49,904 bases of DNA, taken from assembly GCA_032718475.1 (NCBI GenBank), contig JAUCBJ010008987.1, forward strand, positions 1 through 49,904, read 5' to 3'. Below, one piece after another: positions 24,985-36,992 of the stretch (the stretch's first letter is position 1; each line of letters opens with the position of its first letter). The translations under genes were made by a program, and so were the position numbers. This stretch comes from Nemertoderma westbladi. Lineage: Eukaryota; Animalia; Xenacoelomorpha. The notes below the pieces were generated by a model, which was not told the DNA's origin, did no database searches, and saw nothing but the letters and a program-made list of their open reading frames with translations.

Positions 24985-25418
24985 CAGCTGACAACCGACA
25001 GCAGGCAACCGACAACCGACAGCAGACGACCGACAGCAGACAACCGGTAGCAGACAACGGACAGTAGACAACCGACAGCAGAAAACCGACAGCAGACAAG
25101 CGACACCAGACAACCGACAGCAGACAACCGACAGCAGACAACCGACAGCAGACAATCAACAGCAGACAACCGACAGCAGACAACCGACTCCAGACAACAG
25201 ACAGCAGAAAACCGACAGCGACACCAGACAACCGACAGCACACAACCGACAGCAGTTAATCAAAAGCAGACAACTGACAGCAGACAACCGACAGCAGACA
25301 ACCGACAGCAGACAACCGGCAGCAGACAACCGACAGCAGACAATCAACAGCAGACAACGGACAGCAGACAACAGACAGAAGACAAACGACACCAGACAAC
25401 CGACAGCAGACAACTGAC
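24985..25418 (+). repeat. 14-bp minisatellite (CAGACAACCGACAG)n
   Basis: About 30 tandem copies are visible. Confidence 0.95.
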
Positions 25419-25493
25419 GGTTTTCACTTTTCGGTTGATATATTATATACTATATAATGTATGAAGAATTTGTATTCGTTTTAAGAATTATGG

Positions 25494-25760
25494 TGTGGGG
25501 CGAGCGACGAAAGTAAGCGAGCTTAGCATACAGGTACCACTAACTCAATCGGTGTGTCTGTTGTTCTGTTGCTCTGTTGATCTGTTGCTATCAATTTTAA
25601 ACGTTAATAACTCACCCAAATCTCGATAAAATATATCCAAACTTGGTACATATGTAGTCTGGCAAAAGTTTAGAAATTTTCCAAGTTAAATTTGCGTGGG
25701 GTCTTCGTGCAGCATCTGTGTAACTGTCTTGCAGTTATAATAAATTTATTTACCCAAAAA
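25494..25760 (+). mobile_element. Helentron/HINE-like non-autonomous element fragment
   Basis: TGTGGGGCGAGC start, CTGTT microsatellite, CCAAACTTGGTACA core; homologous to 31836-32090. Confidence 0.6.
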
Positions 25761-26581
25761 TTATTAGGCTTGGCATCAGCTGGTTGCTAGGAGACTGCAG
25801 GATATATCAGGTGGGTTTGAAATTCAGCAATACCGGTACAATGCAGCAATAATGTGGCCTTGGCTGCTTGGGAAGTGTGCTAGGCCTATTTCACTTTCTT
25901 CAGCCATTCCAGCTTTTCCAGATTGCAGTATTCAGTTATTCGCGACTAATCAGCCATATTATGTACCGGTCTTATTAAACATACACGGTACCGGTACTGT
26001 TACAGTGGTACTGGTACAGAGTTACCGGTACCGTCTTCAGGTCGTTGGCGCCACCCACCAATCGGCTCGGCAACGGCAACCATGGAAGTTTTGAAATTAT
26101 GCGGACTTAAGACTGACTAACATATTGTCAGGTTGTACCAGCTGACCATATTCCATGTTCCGGTATCCACTACTGCACTAGGTACCCCAACAGCCCAATA
26201 CTGCAATACCCAGCAACGTTTTAGAATTGTACCGGTACTCAAACAACTCGCCATCAAGGCCACCGCCTCTGTCTGTCGTAGTGTCGTTGGCGACCTCGAC
26301 TTGCGAGACCCGAGGACTGAAGAATGCATTTAATTTTTGGAGTAGTTTGACTGTGGACTTCTATGACATCGATGCCAAGCTGCCAATGCGTAAGTTTTTT
26401 TTTAAAGTAAAAGTGTGGTTAAATTTTCTTAATAATTTATTTAAATTTCTTAAGTACCGATTTTTGGATACAATTGCTCAATTTTAATCTGTTTTCAACG
26501 AAATTCAGATTGTGTTACATATTTGGAGGTTTCACCTCCAAATCCAAGGTACCAAAAAAGGTACCATGGAACCAAAACCAA

Positions 26582-26887
26582 GGTTCCACCTTGGTGTAGT
26601 GGTCGCATTGAATGAGTCGGTGTAGTGAATGCGGGAGATTCACATCTCCCGTAGGTCGTGGGTTCGATCCTCACATGGGCCAGGGCAGTTTTCGTTTCGG
26701 CACGAATGCTTTAAAGGGACCAGCCAGGGCGCATCTCTGCCTTGCATCCTTAAGTGGTAGCTAAATGAGTACTGGAGTTTCCTCTGGGGAGTAAAGAAAG
26801 TTCTGGGGGGACCGTACTGGAAATAAGTCGCCAGACTTTGTGCGTAATCCCTGGCCTAGCGGCCGAAGAAAATTTACTTTTTTTTTT
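26582..26887 (+). mobile_element. tRNA-derived SINE with Nin/Deu-like core
   Basis: A box TGGTGTAGTGG (26592), B box GGTTCGATCC (26661), core CTGCCTTGCATCCTTAAGTGGTAGCTAAATGAGTACT (26738-26773), T-rich tail. Confidence 0.75.
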
Positions 26888-27428
26888 GGAATCCTTGCAC
26901 GGCCAGCTTTCTAGCAGTACCAACTAACAGAAGAATAACTGCGGTGGAACTGGTGCAATATCGACGGAGACACTTTTGTTAATCGCTTATCGCTAAAGAT
27001 TGAAAGCAAAAATAAAAATTATTTGAAAGTTGAGTCATTGGCGGGTTGTGGTGTTTTAGTAATCATAGTAACAGGAGAATGTTACAAGCCAAGTAATCCA
27101 ATGCTAAACCGTGCCAGCCTGTTTCGTTAGGCAGCTAGTGAGTGCTATTAAGTAAATTGACCTTTCAATTATATTGGAAGTGTAAATAAGGTTACTTACT
27201 AATATCACTGCTATATTATGGATAGCAGTAATCGTCAAGCAACATGACCCTCCAATAAACTCTGACACTCTAACACTACTACTGTGTTATGGATAGTCAG
27301 TATTCTTCTTCAAGTAACGTCATGAGTGACCTCATATTATTGGTAGTGTATTAAATAATCTTATTGCGGTGTTAAAGATAGTTCATTATTTTAAAAAATA
27401 ATGTACACTTAATTTATTTTATAAGTAT

Positions 27429-30091
27429 TAGTCAGGTCGCTTAGCAAGTTAATGTGGACGTTCTGGACAAACATCCCATTCATAATTGGCACAGGAGTAG
27501 ATTACCTTACCTTTAATTTTTTAAGGGGAACCAACTTTGAACATTAATTTACAAAAGTTCACTTTCCAATAAACCTACAGTCTTCTAACCTTGACCTACC
27601 CCCCACATATCAGTATCAGAGATTCCATTGACGTCATTTGTAAAACCCGGTTGCCATGGCAAATGATTCAAAAACGAGTTTCAAACGCAGACTTCCAGTA
27701 AATATCCTAAAAATATCAAACCATTGATTAATAATTGTTCGCCATTTGGAAAAATCATCTAACGTTATAAATATATTATCCCTGACATCCATTTCTAGTA
27801 GTGGACAACTTTAAATTGACCTGTGGTAGTCCTGTAAAACCATGGTCACAAGTCACTAAATCTTCAATTCAATTTTGGATCTATTCTCTTACATGCTGCC
27901 AAGTTCAGACAATTACTTTCCGACCATTCAAGTTTGCCTCTGTTGCCATGGTGACTGATAACAATTGAAATGTGGACAAAATATTGAAATAAACATGTTC
28001 AGTATACTTCAACCTTGATCATATGCACATATCTTAGTTCCTTATTACATAGTAGAGGTCTGTGACCTCTAGCACAGTCAATATAGTTACCATAGCAACG
28101 GGTATGTTTAATTATTTAAGCACTTACGCTTTCTTATTTTTTCATATTTTCATTTAGAAGGTAATAATTTTCTTGATTTGAAAAATATATATCTGGGGTC
28201 TATCATAGCTATTTTTAAATGTAAATAATTACTCATGACCATAGCAACCGGAGATTTCCCTCTTACGCTAATTTTACACATTGGCATTCCAACAAGGTTT
28301 CCAACATGGACTTACTGTCCTGAAGGTAAAGAAATTGTCATCACATCTGGTGAAGCAACTGTTATTCAGGGATCCACCCATTCAATGCCAAGCTGTGACC
28401 ATGAGGAAGCTGACACCAGGCTTGTTATCCATTTATAGGATGCTATTACCAATGGTCGTGCAAATTGTTTGGTGCGAACTGTAGAAACTGATGTACTGGT
28501 TATTATAATCGGGAAGTTTCATCACCTGGCAGATTTGGATCGATGAGTTGATCTTTGGGTAGCATTTGGCACAGGCAAGTGTCATACTTCATGTATTATA
28601 ACATCAATAGTGCGTTTGAGACCTTAGGTCCTGAAAAGTCACTCGCATTTGCCTGTTTTCCCTGTTGTTCATATAAACACTACGTTGCTTCGATAAATAC
28701 CAATATATAACAAATTCATCGTAGTTATGCAAAAATCTACCAAATCAGAGCAAACTTCTTTGTACAGTAGCTATGAAACAATCGCTTTTGCGAAAGATGT
28801 ATTGCCTCTCATATGTAACACTCTAAGAAAAAAACTTGTTATTGCTGCTGCTCCGTTGCTAAGATATGTTCCAGGTTGCTATGGTAAATTTGTCGTTGCT
28901 ATGTAAAACGTACCGTTGCTATACAAAACCCGCCGTTGCTAGGGAAAGCATTATACTGATGCAAGAAACTTGTTTTTGCTTAGAATACCATGAAAACTTT
29001 ATGGTTGCTATGGAAAGCCTATGTTGCTATGCAAGTATAGTAAGTAATCATAAATTAATTTGGAAATTTTTGTCCATAATATGTTTCTATATACTTCAGT
29101 GTTCATATTTCACAAAATTTGGAGAAATTCCACCTAGCAATTAGTGTATAAGAGGGAAATCTCCGGTTGCTATGGTCATGAATAATTATGTACATTTAAA
29201 AATAGCTATGATAGACCCCAGATATATATTTTTCAAATCAAGAAAATTATTACCTTCCAAATGAAAATATGAAAAAATAAGAAAGCGTAAGTGCTTAAAT
29301 AATGAAACATACTCGTTGCTATGGTAACTATATTGACTATTCTAATACTCCTAATACTATGCTGTTCTAGTGGTCATAGACCTCTACTGTGTAATGAGGA
29401 ACTAAGATATGTGCATATGATCAAAGTTGAAGTATACTGAACATGTTTTTTTCAATATTTTGTCCACATTCCAAAATTATCGGTTACCATGGCAACAGCG
29501 ACAATCTTGAATGGCCGGAAAGTAATTGTCTGGCCTTGGCAACATGAAAGGCACAAGATACAAATTTTTTTTTAGATAGTTCGGAACTATATTGGATTTG
29601 GCAGAATATATGTAGTCACTTGTGACCATGGATACAGGACTACCACAGGTCCATTTAAATTGGTCCGCTACTAGAAATCAAGAGGGTCTCAGGGATAATA
29701 TATTTATAGTGTTTGATGATTTTCCCAAATGGGGAACAATTATTAATCAATGGTTTTATATTTTTCGGATATTTACTGAAAATCGGTGTTTGAAACACAT
29801 TTTTGAAACAGTTACCATGGCAACCGGGTTTTACAAATGACGTCAATGGAATCTCTGATGCTGATATATGGGGGGTAGGTCAAGGTTAGAAGACTGTAGC
29901 TTTATTGGAAAGTGGACTTTTGTAAATGACCCCGTGTTGACATGGTAATATGGGACCGATAAATAATGTTGCAAAGTTGGTTCCCCTTAAAAAATGAAAG
30001 GTATGGTAATTACCTACACCTATGCCAATTATGGGAAGTTTGTCCAGAACGTCCACATCAACCTTATTTTTGAGGTTAAGCGACCTGACTA
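27429..30091. mobile_element. Academ transposon deletion derivative with ~0.85-kb inverted arms
   Basis: Termini TAGTCAGGTCGCTTA / TAAGCGACCTGACTA; arms ~27429-28265 and ~29150-30091; internal transposase relic. Confidence 0.85.
28290..28660 (+). pseudogene. Academ transposase relic (XPG-like domain)
   Basis: CDHEEADTRLVIHL*DA..VRTVETDVLVIII..LWVAFGTGK, with stops and frameshifts. Confidence 0.8.
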
Positions 30092-30284
30092 TCTAGAGTT
30101 TGTAAGAACACGAGGCTCAAATTCGTTTAGAAATGATTACGAACAGTTTATGAATATGTTTCGTCACCAAATTGCTCTCGTTATGGTTATTATTTAATTA
30201 CCGTTAATATTTTGTCGGATTGTCGGATTTGGTTAACCGTCATTGGCGTAGCATTTACACCCCACTAATCTTGTACTTGCTGTC

Positions 30285-31575
30285 ACTTGTCTGCTGTGGG
30301 TTGTCTGCTGGCGGTTGTCTGCTGGCGGTTGTCGGCTGTCGGTTGTCTGCTGTCGGTTGTTTGCTGACGGTTGTCTGCTGACAGTTATCGGCATTTTGTT
30401 TTCTGCTGTCGGTTGTCAGCTGACTGCTGTCGGTTGTCTGCTTTCGGTTGTCTGCTGTCAGTTGTCTGGAGTGGGATGTCTGCTGTCGGTTGGCTGCTGT
30501 CGGTTGTTTGCTGTCGTTGTCTGCTGTCGGTTGACTGATGTCGGTTGTCTGGTGTCGGTTGTTTGCTGTCGGTTGTCTGCTGTCGTTTGTCGGTTGTAGG
30601 TTGTCTGCTGTTGTTTTTCTGCTATCGGTTGTCTGCTGTCGTTTGTCTGCTGTTGGTTGTCTGCTATCGGTTCTCTAATGTAAGTTGTCGGTTGTCTGCT
30701 GTCGGTTGTCTGCTCTCGTTTGTCGGCTGACTGCTGTCTGTTGTCGGTTGTCTGCTTTCGGTTGTCGGTTGACTGCTGTCGGCTGTCTGCTGTCGTTTGT
30801 CTGCTGTCGGTTGTCTGCTGTTGGTCGTCTGCTGTCGGTTGTCTGCTGTCTGTTGTCTGCTGTTGGTTGTCTGGTGTTGGTTATCTGCAGTCGGTTGTCT
30901 TCTGTTGGTTGTCTGCTATCGGTTGTCTGCTGTCGGTTGTCTGCTGTCGGTTGTCTGCTGTCGGTTGTCTGCTGTCGGTTGTCTGCTGTTGGTTGTCTGC
31001 AGTCGGTTGTCTGCTGTTGGTTGTCTGCAGTCGGTTGTCTGCTGTTGGTCCTCTGCTGTCGGTTGTCTGCTGTCGTTTATCTGCTGTCGGTGGTCTGCTG
31101 TTGGTCGTCTGCTGTCGGTTGTCTGCCATCGGTTGTCTGCTGTTGGTCCTCTGCTGTCGGTTGTCTGCTGTCGGTTGTCTGCTGTCGCTTGTCTGCTGTC
31201 GGTTGTCTGCTGTCGGTTGTCTGCTGTCGGTTGTCTGCTGTTGGTCGTCTGCTGTCGGTTGTCTGCTGTCGATTGTCTGCTGTTGGTCGCCTGCTGTCGG
31301 TTGTCTGCTGTCGGTTGTCTGCTGTCGGTTGTCTGCTGTCGGTTGTCTGCTGTCGGCTGTCGGCTGTCGGTTGTCTGCTGTCGGTTGTCTGCTGTTGGTC
31401 GTCTGCTGTCGGTTGTCTGCTGTCGGTTGTCTGCTGTTGGTCGTCTGTTGTCGGTTGTCTGCTGTCGGTTGTCTGCTGTCGGTTGTTGGTCTTCTGCTGT
31501 CGGTTGTCTGCTGTTGGTTGTCTGAAGTCGGTTGTCTGCTGTTGGTTGTCTGCTAACGGTTGTCGGCTGTCGGCG
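30285..31575 (-). repeat. 14-bp minisatellite, same unit as 24985-25418 in the opposite orientation
   Basis: (CTGTCGGTTGTCTG)n over ~1.3 kb. Confidence 0.95.
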
Positions 31576-33490
31576 TAACGTTTACACCCATAATAATAAT
31601 AATAATGACAATAATTTTGTATCTGCTATACTAGGTTGCAGCTGATACTGAATTCACATCCACATCCTATTCCCTTTATGGTACACTGACCGGTTTCGAT
31701 TTTCATAACCTCATCGTTGTTGGCGGTAATTAGGGGTGCACAGGATAGCACTTCTTGTTTCCGGTCTGGATCGGATATCCGGTAGAATTTTGCCGGATAT
31801 CCATCCGGTCGGATATCCGGCCTTATTTTACAGGCTGTGGGGCGAGCCACGAAGTGAGTGAGCCTTAGCGTAGGGGTACCATTAATCAACCTGTCGTTCT
31901 GTCGCGTTTTTTTCAGTATTTTATTTTAAACGTTAATAACTCGGCCAATCCTTGATGAAATCTATCCAAACTTGGTACACATGTTGTTTGGCAAAAGTTT
32001 GAAAATTTTCCAAGTAGAATTTACGTGGGGTCTTCGTGCAGCATCAGTGTAACTGTTATTGCAGTTATAATAAATTTATTTATCCAAATTTAAAATGCGT
32101 TAAATTATTATTACTATAGGATAAATCAGCTGGTTTTTCTGACAAATTTTGCAATACATTGGGGTTGTCTGCATGTACCATGTGTACCGGTACTGTCAGG
32201 CTGTACTCAATCCCTGAATCGAGAATCCTGCAATCAGTCAATACTGCAATACTGGTCAGCCGGTACCATACACTGCAGACATGCCATATCATGTAATCTA
32301 ATTAACCCCGGCAACCCTTGCGGTGATTAAAGTTTAGGCCTAATTAGCCCAGTACCGGCACCGGTAATAATAATATAATAGTTTAGATAGTTACCGCTAA
32401 TCATTCAGTCATTGCTGCATTGGCACGGTACACCGTACAGCCGTATTGCTGTACTGCCGTTGTCAGTTGTAGTGCGCACCGTACTGCCGTAGGTACCACC
32501 CATGGCCTACTACACACAGGCCATGACAAGGACTTTGCTGTGAAATTAGCGTAGGCTGACTGTGCTGATTATCAGATTATGGTACTGTGGTACAAGCTAT
32601 ATACTGTTAGGTATACTGCTGTATTGGGGTGGGGTTAGGAATAATCCATTTGTTTTAGCATTTAATCCCCTTATTTATTATAAAACCATTGGAAATATTC
32701 GCAAATGCCGCTCCATTCTGCCATTACTGTCTGAAACGCTCCCGACAGTCCGATGTATCTGGACCCGAGCAGCCGAGTTGCTTCAAGAGGTGATTAACGG
32801 GGGAATACTATCTACGCAGTGCTACGGAATTGCTTGTTTGTCAGTACGATTCTATTTGGGTATTTACTACACTCAGACACTGGGAATACGGCGGTCGGTC
32901 AGATCGTAATGCGGGCCACTGCCAAGTTCCTCATGCCTCACTCCGGTCACCCACCTTGGAGTGCGGTGGGAAGAGTCCCACTTACTGACTTACGTCGACG
33001 ACTGGACGAATCGACGAGGATTGCGATCTGGGTTTAGCGGCGGCCCGGATCCTGGTATCGCCTGGGGGAAATGGTTGAACGTCGGGCATACTTGTATCGC
33101 ACTGGATTACGTTCTCTGCGACGTGAAAGTGTGAAGCGAATTCGTTGTCGAATTGGGTCGAAAGCTGCGGGAATTCTACTGTTCTACGGGAGTAAACCGC
33201 AGCGGTCCGGTGACTACGGACGGATACTACTGGGATAAGCAGGTATTTCGATCGAGTTTCTCGTATTCTCGATGCTCGACAGCTCGAGGCGGATAGAGAG
33301 TTGGTTGTGTTGGGCGGTGTTGTTCAATTCTATCAAACGTATTAAATAATTGGTAAAATAATAAAAACACACCAGATAAAGATACTGAGCTTATGGTAAA
33401 GAGATAGGCCGAACTTACAATTTCCAAATAGATTGTTCATATAATAAATATATTTTTGGTATTTGATTTCAAGATAGGGGGGGGGGGGGG

Positions 33491-33712
33491 GGGACTGGAC
33501 GCAATAAAAATTAATCCCTCTCCAGGGGAAATTGGACGCAAATAACAACAGCTGATTACTCTCAAAAATAAAACTGTAACCTGTTCTATTGTGTTTACTT
33601 TATTGTTTTGGTTAAAATAACGTGCCACTGTAACCTGCTCCTTTCCCAAAATTGAGAAATTAATATTGAGGCGGGATATTAATTCGCCAAGATGGGATTT
33701 GCGTCCAGTCCC
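33491..33712. mobile_element. MITE with GGGACTGGACGCAA TIRs
   Basis: GGGACTGGACGCAA / TTGCGTCCAGTCCC; related ends at ~15908-15937 and ~1403. Confidence 0.65.
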
Positions 33713-33839
33713 ACCCCCCTCCTGTCTCTTGATTTTACTAAAAAATAGAATACATTGCATTTTACTGTTATAATTACTGTATTGAATAAAATAATTAATT
33801 TATTGTTTATTAAACCGTGCTAAGCACGTTGAACTGGAG

Positions 33840-34190
33840 CTTTAACAATTCCCCACTAGCGGCAGACAGGAACTGTAAAAGTCTCTGTAGAATTTCTAAT
33901 TAAGCAATGCTCTTAGGTAACTACTACTAAATTTCAGATGAATCTGATCGTTGGTTCTATAATTACAGCTATTTTTAAGTTTCTGTTAATTCGCCCCCTA
34001 GCGGCAGACAGGGGAACTGTAGAAGTCTGTCTGTGTGTAGAATTTCAAAATTTTTTATAGACTACATGTGTACCAAGTTTGGTTCCATTTCATCCTTGAT
34101 TGACTGACTTATAAGCGTTCAAACATTCCTGCCACAAACATAGCCAGAGGCAGCCACAAACAAATAAAAGCTGCAGGAACTCTAGCGATA
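33840..34190 (-). mobile_element. HINE-like fragment in reverse orientation
   Basis: CATGTGTACCAAGTTTGG core (reverse of the core at 31966); duplicated CTAGCGGCAGACAGG. Confidence 0.5.
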
Positions 34191-34599
34191 ATTAATTAAT
34201 TAATTATTAAATACTGTTTCAATTAAATTACTTACGAAAATCTAGTCATCTTCTTTTAAATATGGACCCTGCATTCGTGGAAAATATAATATTTGATAAT
34301 TCAGCAGTCAGCCTACGCTAATTTCACAGCAAAGTCCTTGTCATGGCCTGTGTGTAGTAGGCCATGGTACCACCCTACTACCGGTACCGGCTGACCGGTG
34401 GCAACTAGCACTTCAGCACTTGCACAGCAACAGCACTACCGGCGATACACAGGTTGGAATTTATGTAGAGTTTGCTCAACAGTACAGATATAAAATAGTT
34501 ATCTAAATTATATATATTACTATTGACAAGTATTGAAATATATACCGTTATTCGTGTTATCAGTATTTGCAACATCTGACATTGAAGAGGTGAGAGAAG

Positions 34600-34940
34600 A
34601 TGAATACCGGCACTCAACAAAACCAACGCTTATCACAGGTCGGTATGGTTACCTCGAAACCGGCGCGACTGTCCACTCGAATACAACTTCAAAACACAAA
34701 CGCCAACAATAAACTGAAAGCGAATCGAACGTCTTCAGAAGAATCTGTCATTGGGACGAAGAAAAGGAAGCCGAAACCACGGGAATGGACCACAGCTAAG
34801 ATTGAATGCTCCCATTGTCAGAGTTCCTGGACCGAAATTGAAACACCAATTGCCGATGGGCTTGATCTCTCAAACCAAAACTTCCTCTGCGGGGTTTGCG
34901 CGGCAGTAAAGATTGAAAGTCTGGAAGCTGGCATCCCTAG
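34600..34940 (+). pseudogene. 5' fragment of a LINE ORF1 with a PHD-like finger
   Basis: IECSHCQSSW...FLCGVC followed by a coiled-coil start, then loss of protein-like sequence. Confidence 0.5.
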
Positions 34941-36257
34941 GTATTATTATTATAAAGAGCGTCAGCCTGCGTTTAATAAATATATTTTAATACAAAACAG
35001 GTCGAACGCAAAGAGGCTTATAATGAAGACGAGTACTGCATTGATTATATTCCTATAAACCACCTGGCTTTGCATATTGAACGTGCGTTTGGAAATAAGT
35101 TCGTGCTACCCTTCCGTGGGTGGTAGATGTCGCGGTTATGTATTGGTGGGTGGGAAGGGAGGGGGGGGGGGGGGGGGGTGCAGATTAAAAGGGGTGAACA
35201 CGTACTGTCCCCCTTTCTTTGATTAATTGGTGGTGTGGGTTAATCTCTCATAACCTGATTTTGTGATACAGTCGCACAATTTTAATTTGTATCTCATAAC
35301 TGGGCCTCGTGCTGCGCGAAGGCCCCACGAACGTGTACTGTACTTATAAACTTATTTATAGACCCGTTTTTGCCTTGTCACCAGAGCTTAATTGATTATA
35401 GCTGTATTGCGATATCTGTTTGCGCCCTAATTCTGTAGGCTTAATCATTGCCATTTTTATTGGAAGATAAATCGAAGCTTTGCTTCTCAAATTTTCGTAA
35501 AGTACTGGTACAGTGGTACATTGGGATTGGCACCATTTAACTTCAGGATTCACGTATCTTCTCCGAGGCAATGTTCTCCAAGTTCGGAGACATTCTAGAT
35601 GAGAAGAGGAGTAGGTCCTCTTTATCTACCATAACTTGATAAAGTTTGAAATAAGTTTCAACTGAAAACAGCCTGAGTTGATATGATATCTTGATTTGAG
35701 TTGAGTTATTATAATATGTTCGTTGATTTGTGTTGATCTTGATAGTATAATATAAAAATAAAATATAATTCAAATTCCATTTTTGACTCTTTCAGAAAAT
35801 GTATCTAATTAATTTGTATTATTTATTATTTTTATTATTTTTATTAAATTAAAATTATTAAAAGAAAAAGTGAGTATTAATATTAAAAGTTATTCAAAAT
35901 ATTGACTATATACAAATTATCCGGCGTGTCACTGGATAGCAGAATTTGTCCAAAATTCGCCGGATATCAGGCTGGATCGGATATCTGGTGCACCCCTAGC
36001 GGTAATAGTGGTTGGTTGCAGCCATGTTGCTGGTTTTTGTTGTTATACTCAGATGTGTTGGGCTGCGGTCACTTATGTAAATGTAAGGATGCTCTGCTGT
36101 CTATTAATTAACATCAATGTTGTGATTGATTCTCCATTGTTGTTGCAGACTGGTACAACTCCTAATAAATAATACGGTTTGGAATTTCTTAGCTGTATCT
36201 GTAGCTGTTGCATGTGTTTCTCGGTGCATTGTTTTATTGTGTTCTATTTCTAGCCTC

Positions 36258-36992
36258 TCAGTTCTCGAGCAATTCCCGTGAATTTTTAAAGGCCATACCC
36301 CCCATCGAGCGTGGTGATACCGAACTCGACTTAAATAAGGACGACCTACCGGAGACTAAGACCTTAGGTCTCCATTGGCTTACAGAAAGTGACACTATGG
36401 TATTTAAAGTGAAGTTACGAAAGGGCGATACCCGAACCAAACGTATTTGCCTCAGCATACTCAGCACTTATTTCGACCCTCTAGGATTTATCAGCCCAGT
36501 TATATTGCTGGCTCGAGACCTCGTTCAGCGAATGTGGAAGTAGAAAGATACCGTAGTTGGGACGACCCCTTGACGGGAACCTTATTGGAAGACTGGTGGC
36601 GATGGGAACGGTCCTTGCCTGACTTGGAGAAGTTTTCAGTGCCCAGAGCATAATTTCTAAACGTAGATTCCCTACAGACCTCCGAACTCCATGTATTCGG
36701 TGACGCGAGCGAGAAGGGGGTCGGGATTGTAGCTTACTTTAGGTATGAAACCCCAAACGGTATAGCAGTGGCATTAGTTGCTTCGAAGGCCCTTATAAGA
36801 CCCATTGCCAAAACCAAGTACACTTTAACCATACCCAGAGCCGAACTTAAAGCAGCTGTATATGCTACCATAATTGCCAAAAACGTGTTAGCGCAGACGG
36901 ATTATATCGTAGTAAGGACAGTTTACTGGACAGACGCTGCGCTGGTTCTATAATACCTGACCAACACGACATGCCAATTTAGCGTATATGTA
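36258..36992 (+). mobile_element. BEL/Pao pol fragment (end of RT and RNase H), copy 1
   Basis: KTLGLHW, TKRICLSILSTYFDPLG, LHVFGDASE, TIPRAEL, YWTDA; several stops. Confidence 0.9.

Larger units (their letters stand above)
32501..34366. mobile_element. P-element-like non-autonomous transposon
   Basis: Perfect 62-bp TIR starting CATGGCCTAC; 8-bp TSD GTACCACC at 32493-32500 and 34367-34374. Confidence 0.85.
31836..35345 (+). mobile_element. Helentron/HINE-like element, interrupted
   Basis: 5' part matches 25494-25760; candidate 3' hairpin GGGCCTCGTGCTGCGCGAAGGCCC with sub-TIR GCCCCAC at ~35302-35328. Confidence 0.5.
31731..35998 (+). mobile_element. hAT deletion derivative with nested insertions
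   Basis: TIR TAGGGGTGCAC / GTGCACCCCTA; TSD GCGGTAAT at 31723-31730 and 35999-36006; CCGGATATC subterminal repeats; dimerisation-domain relic SEAMFSKFGDILDEKRSR at ~35562-35615. Confidence 0.9.
31640..36170 (-). pseudogene. Degenerate BEL/Pao aspartic-protease region split by the hAT element (36007-36170 plus 31640-31730)
   Basis: Minus strand LLGVVPV(RV)C.NNGESITTLMLI..., continuing across the hAT TSD into ITANNDEVMKIETGQCTIKGIG. Confidence 0.5.

Noticed and set aside
26632-26651. Possible tRNA-Sec (TCA in the loop) or functional tRNA
   Set aside because: No long variable arm or proper acceptor stem; it continues into a SINE core and tail.
30315-31578. Long Cys/Leu/Val-rich ORFs (up to 297 aa) in all three frames, also at 24629-25413
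   Set aside because: Artefacts of a stop-free 14-bp minisatellite.
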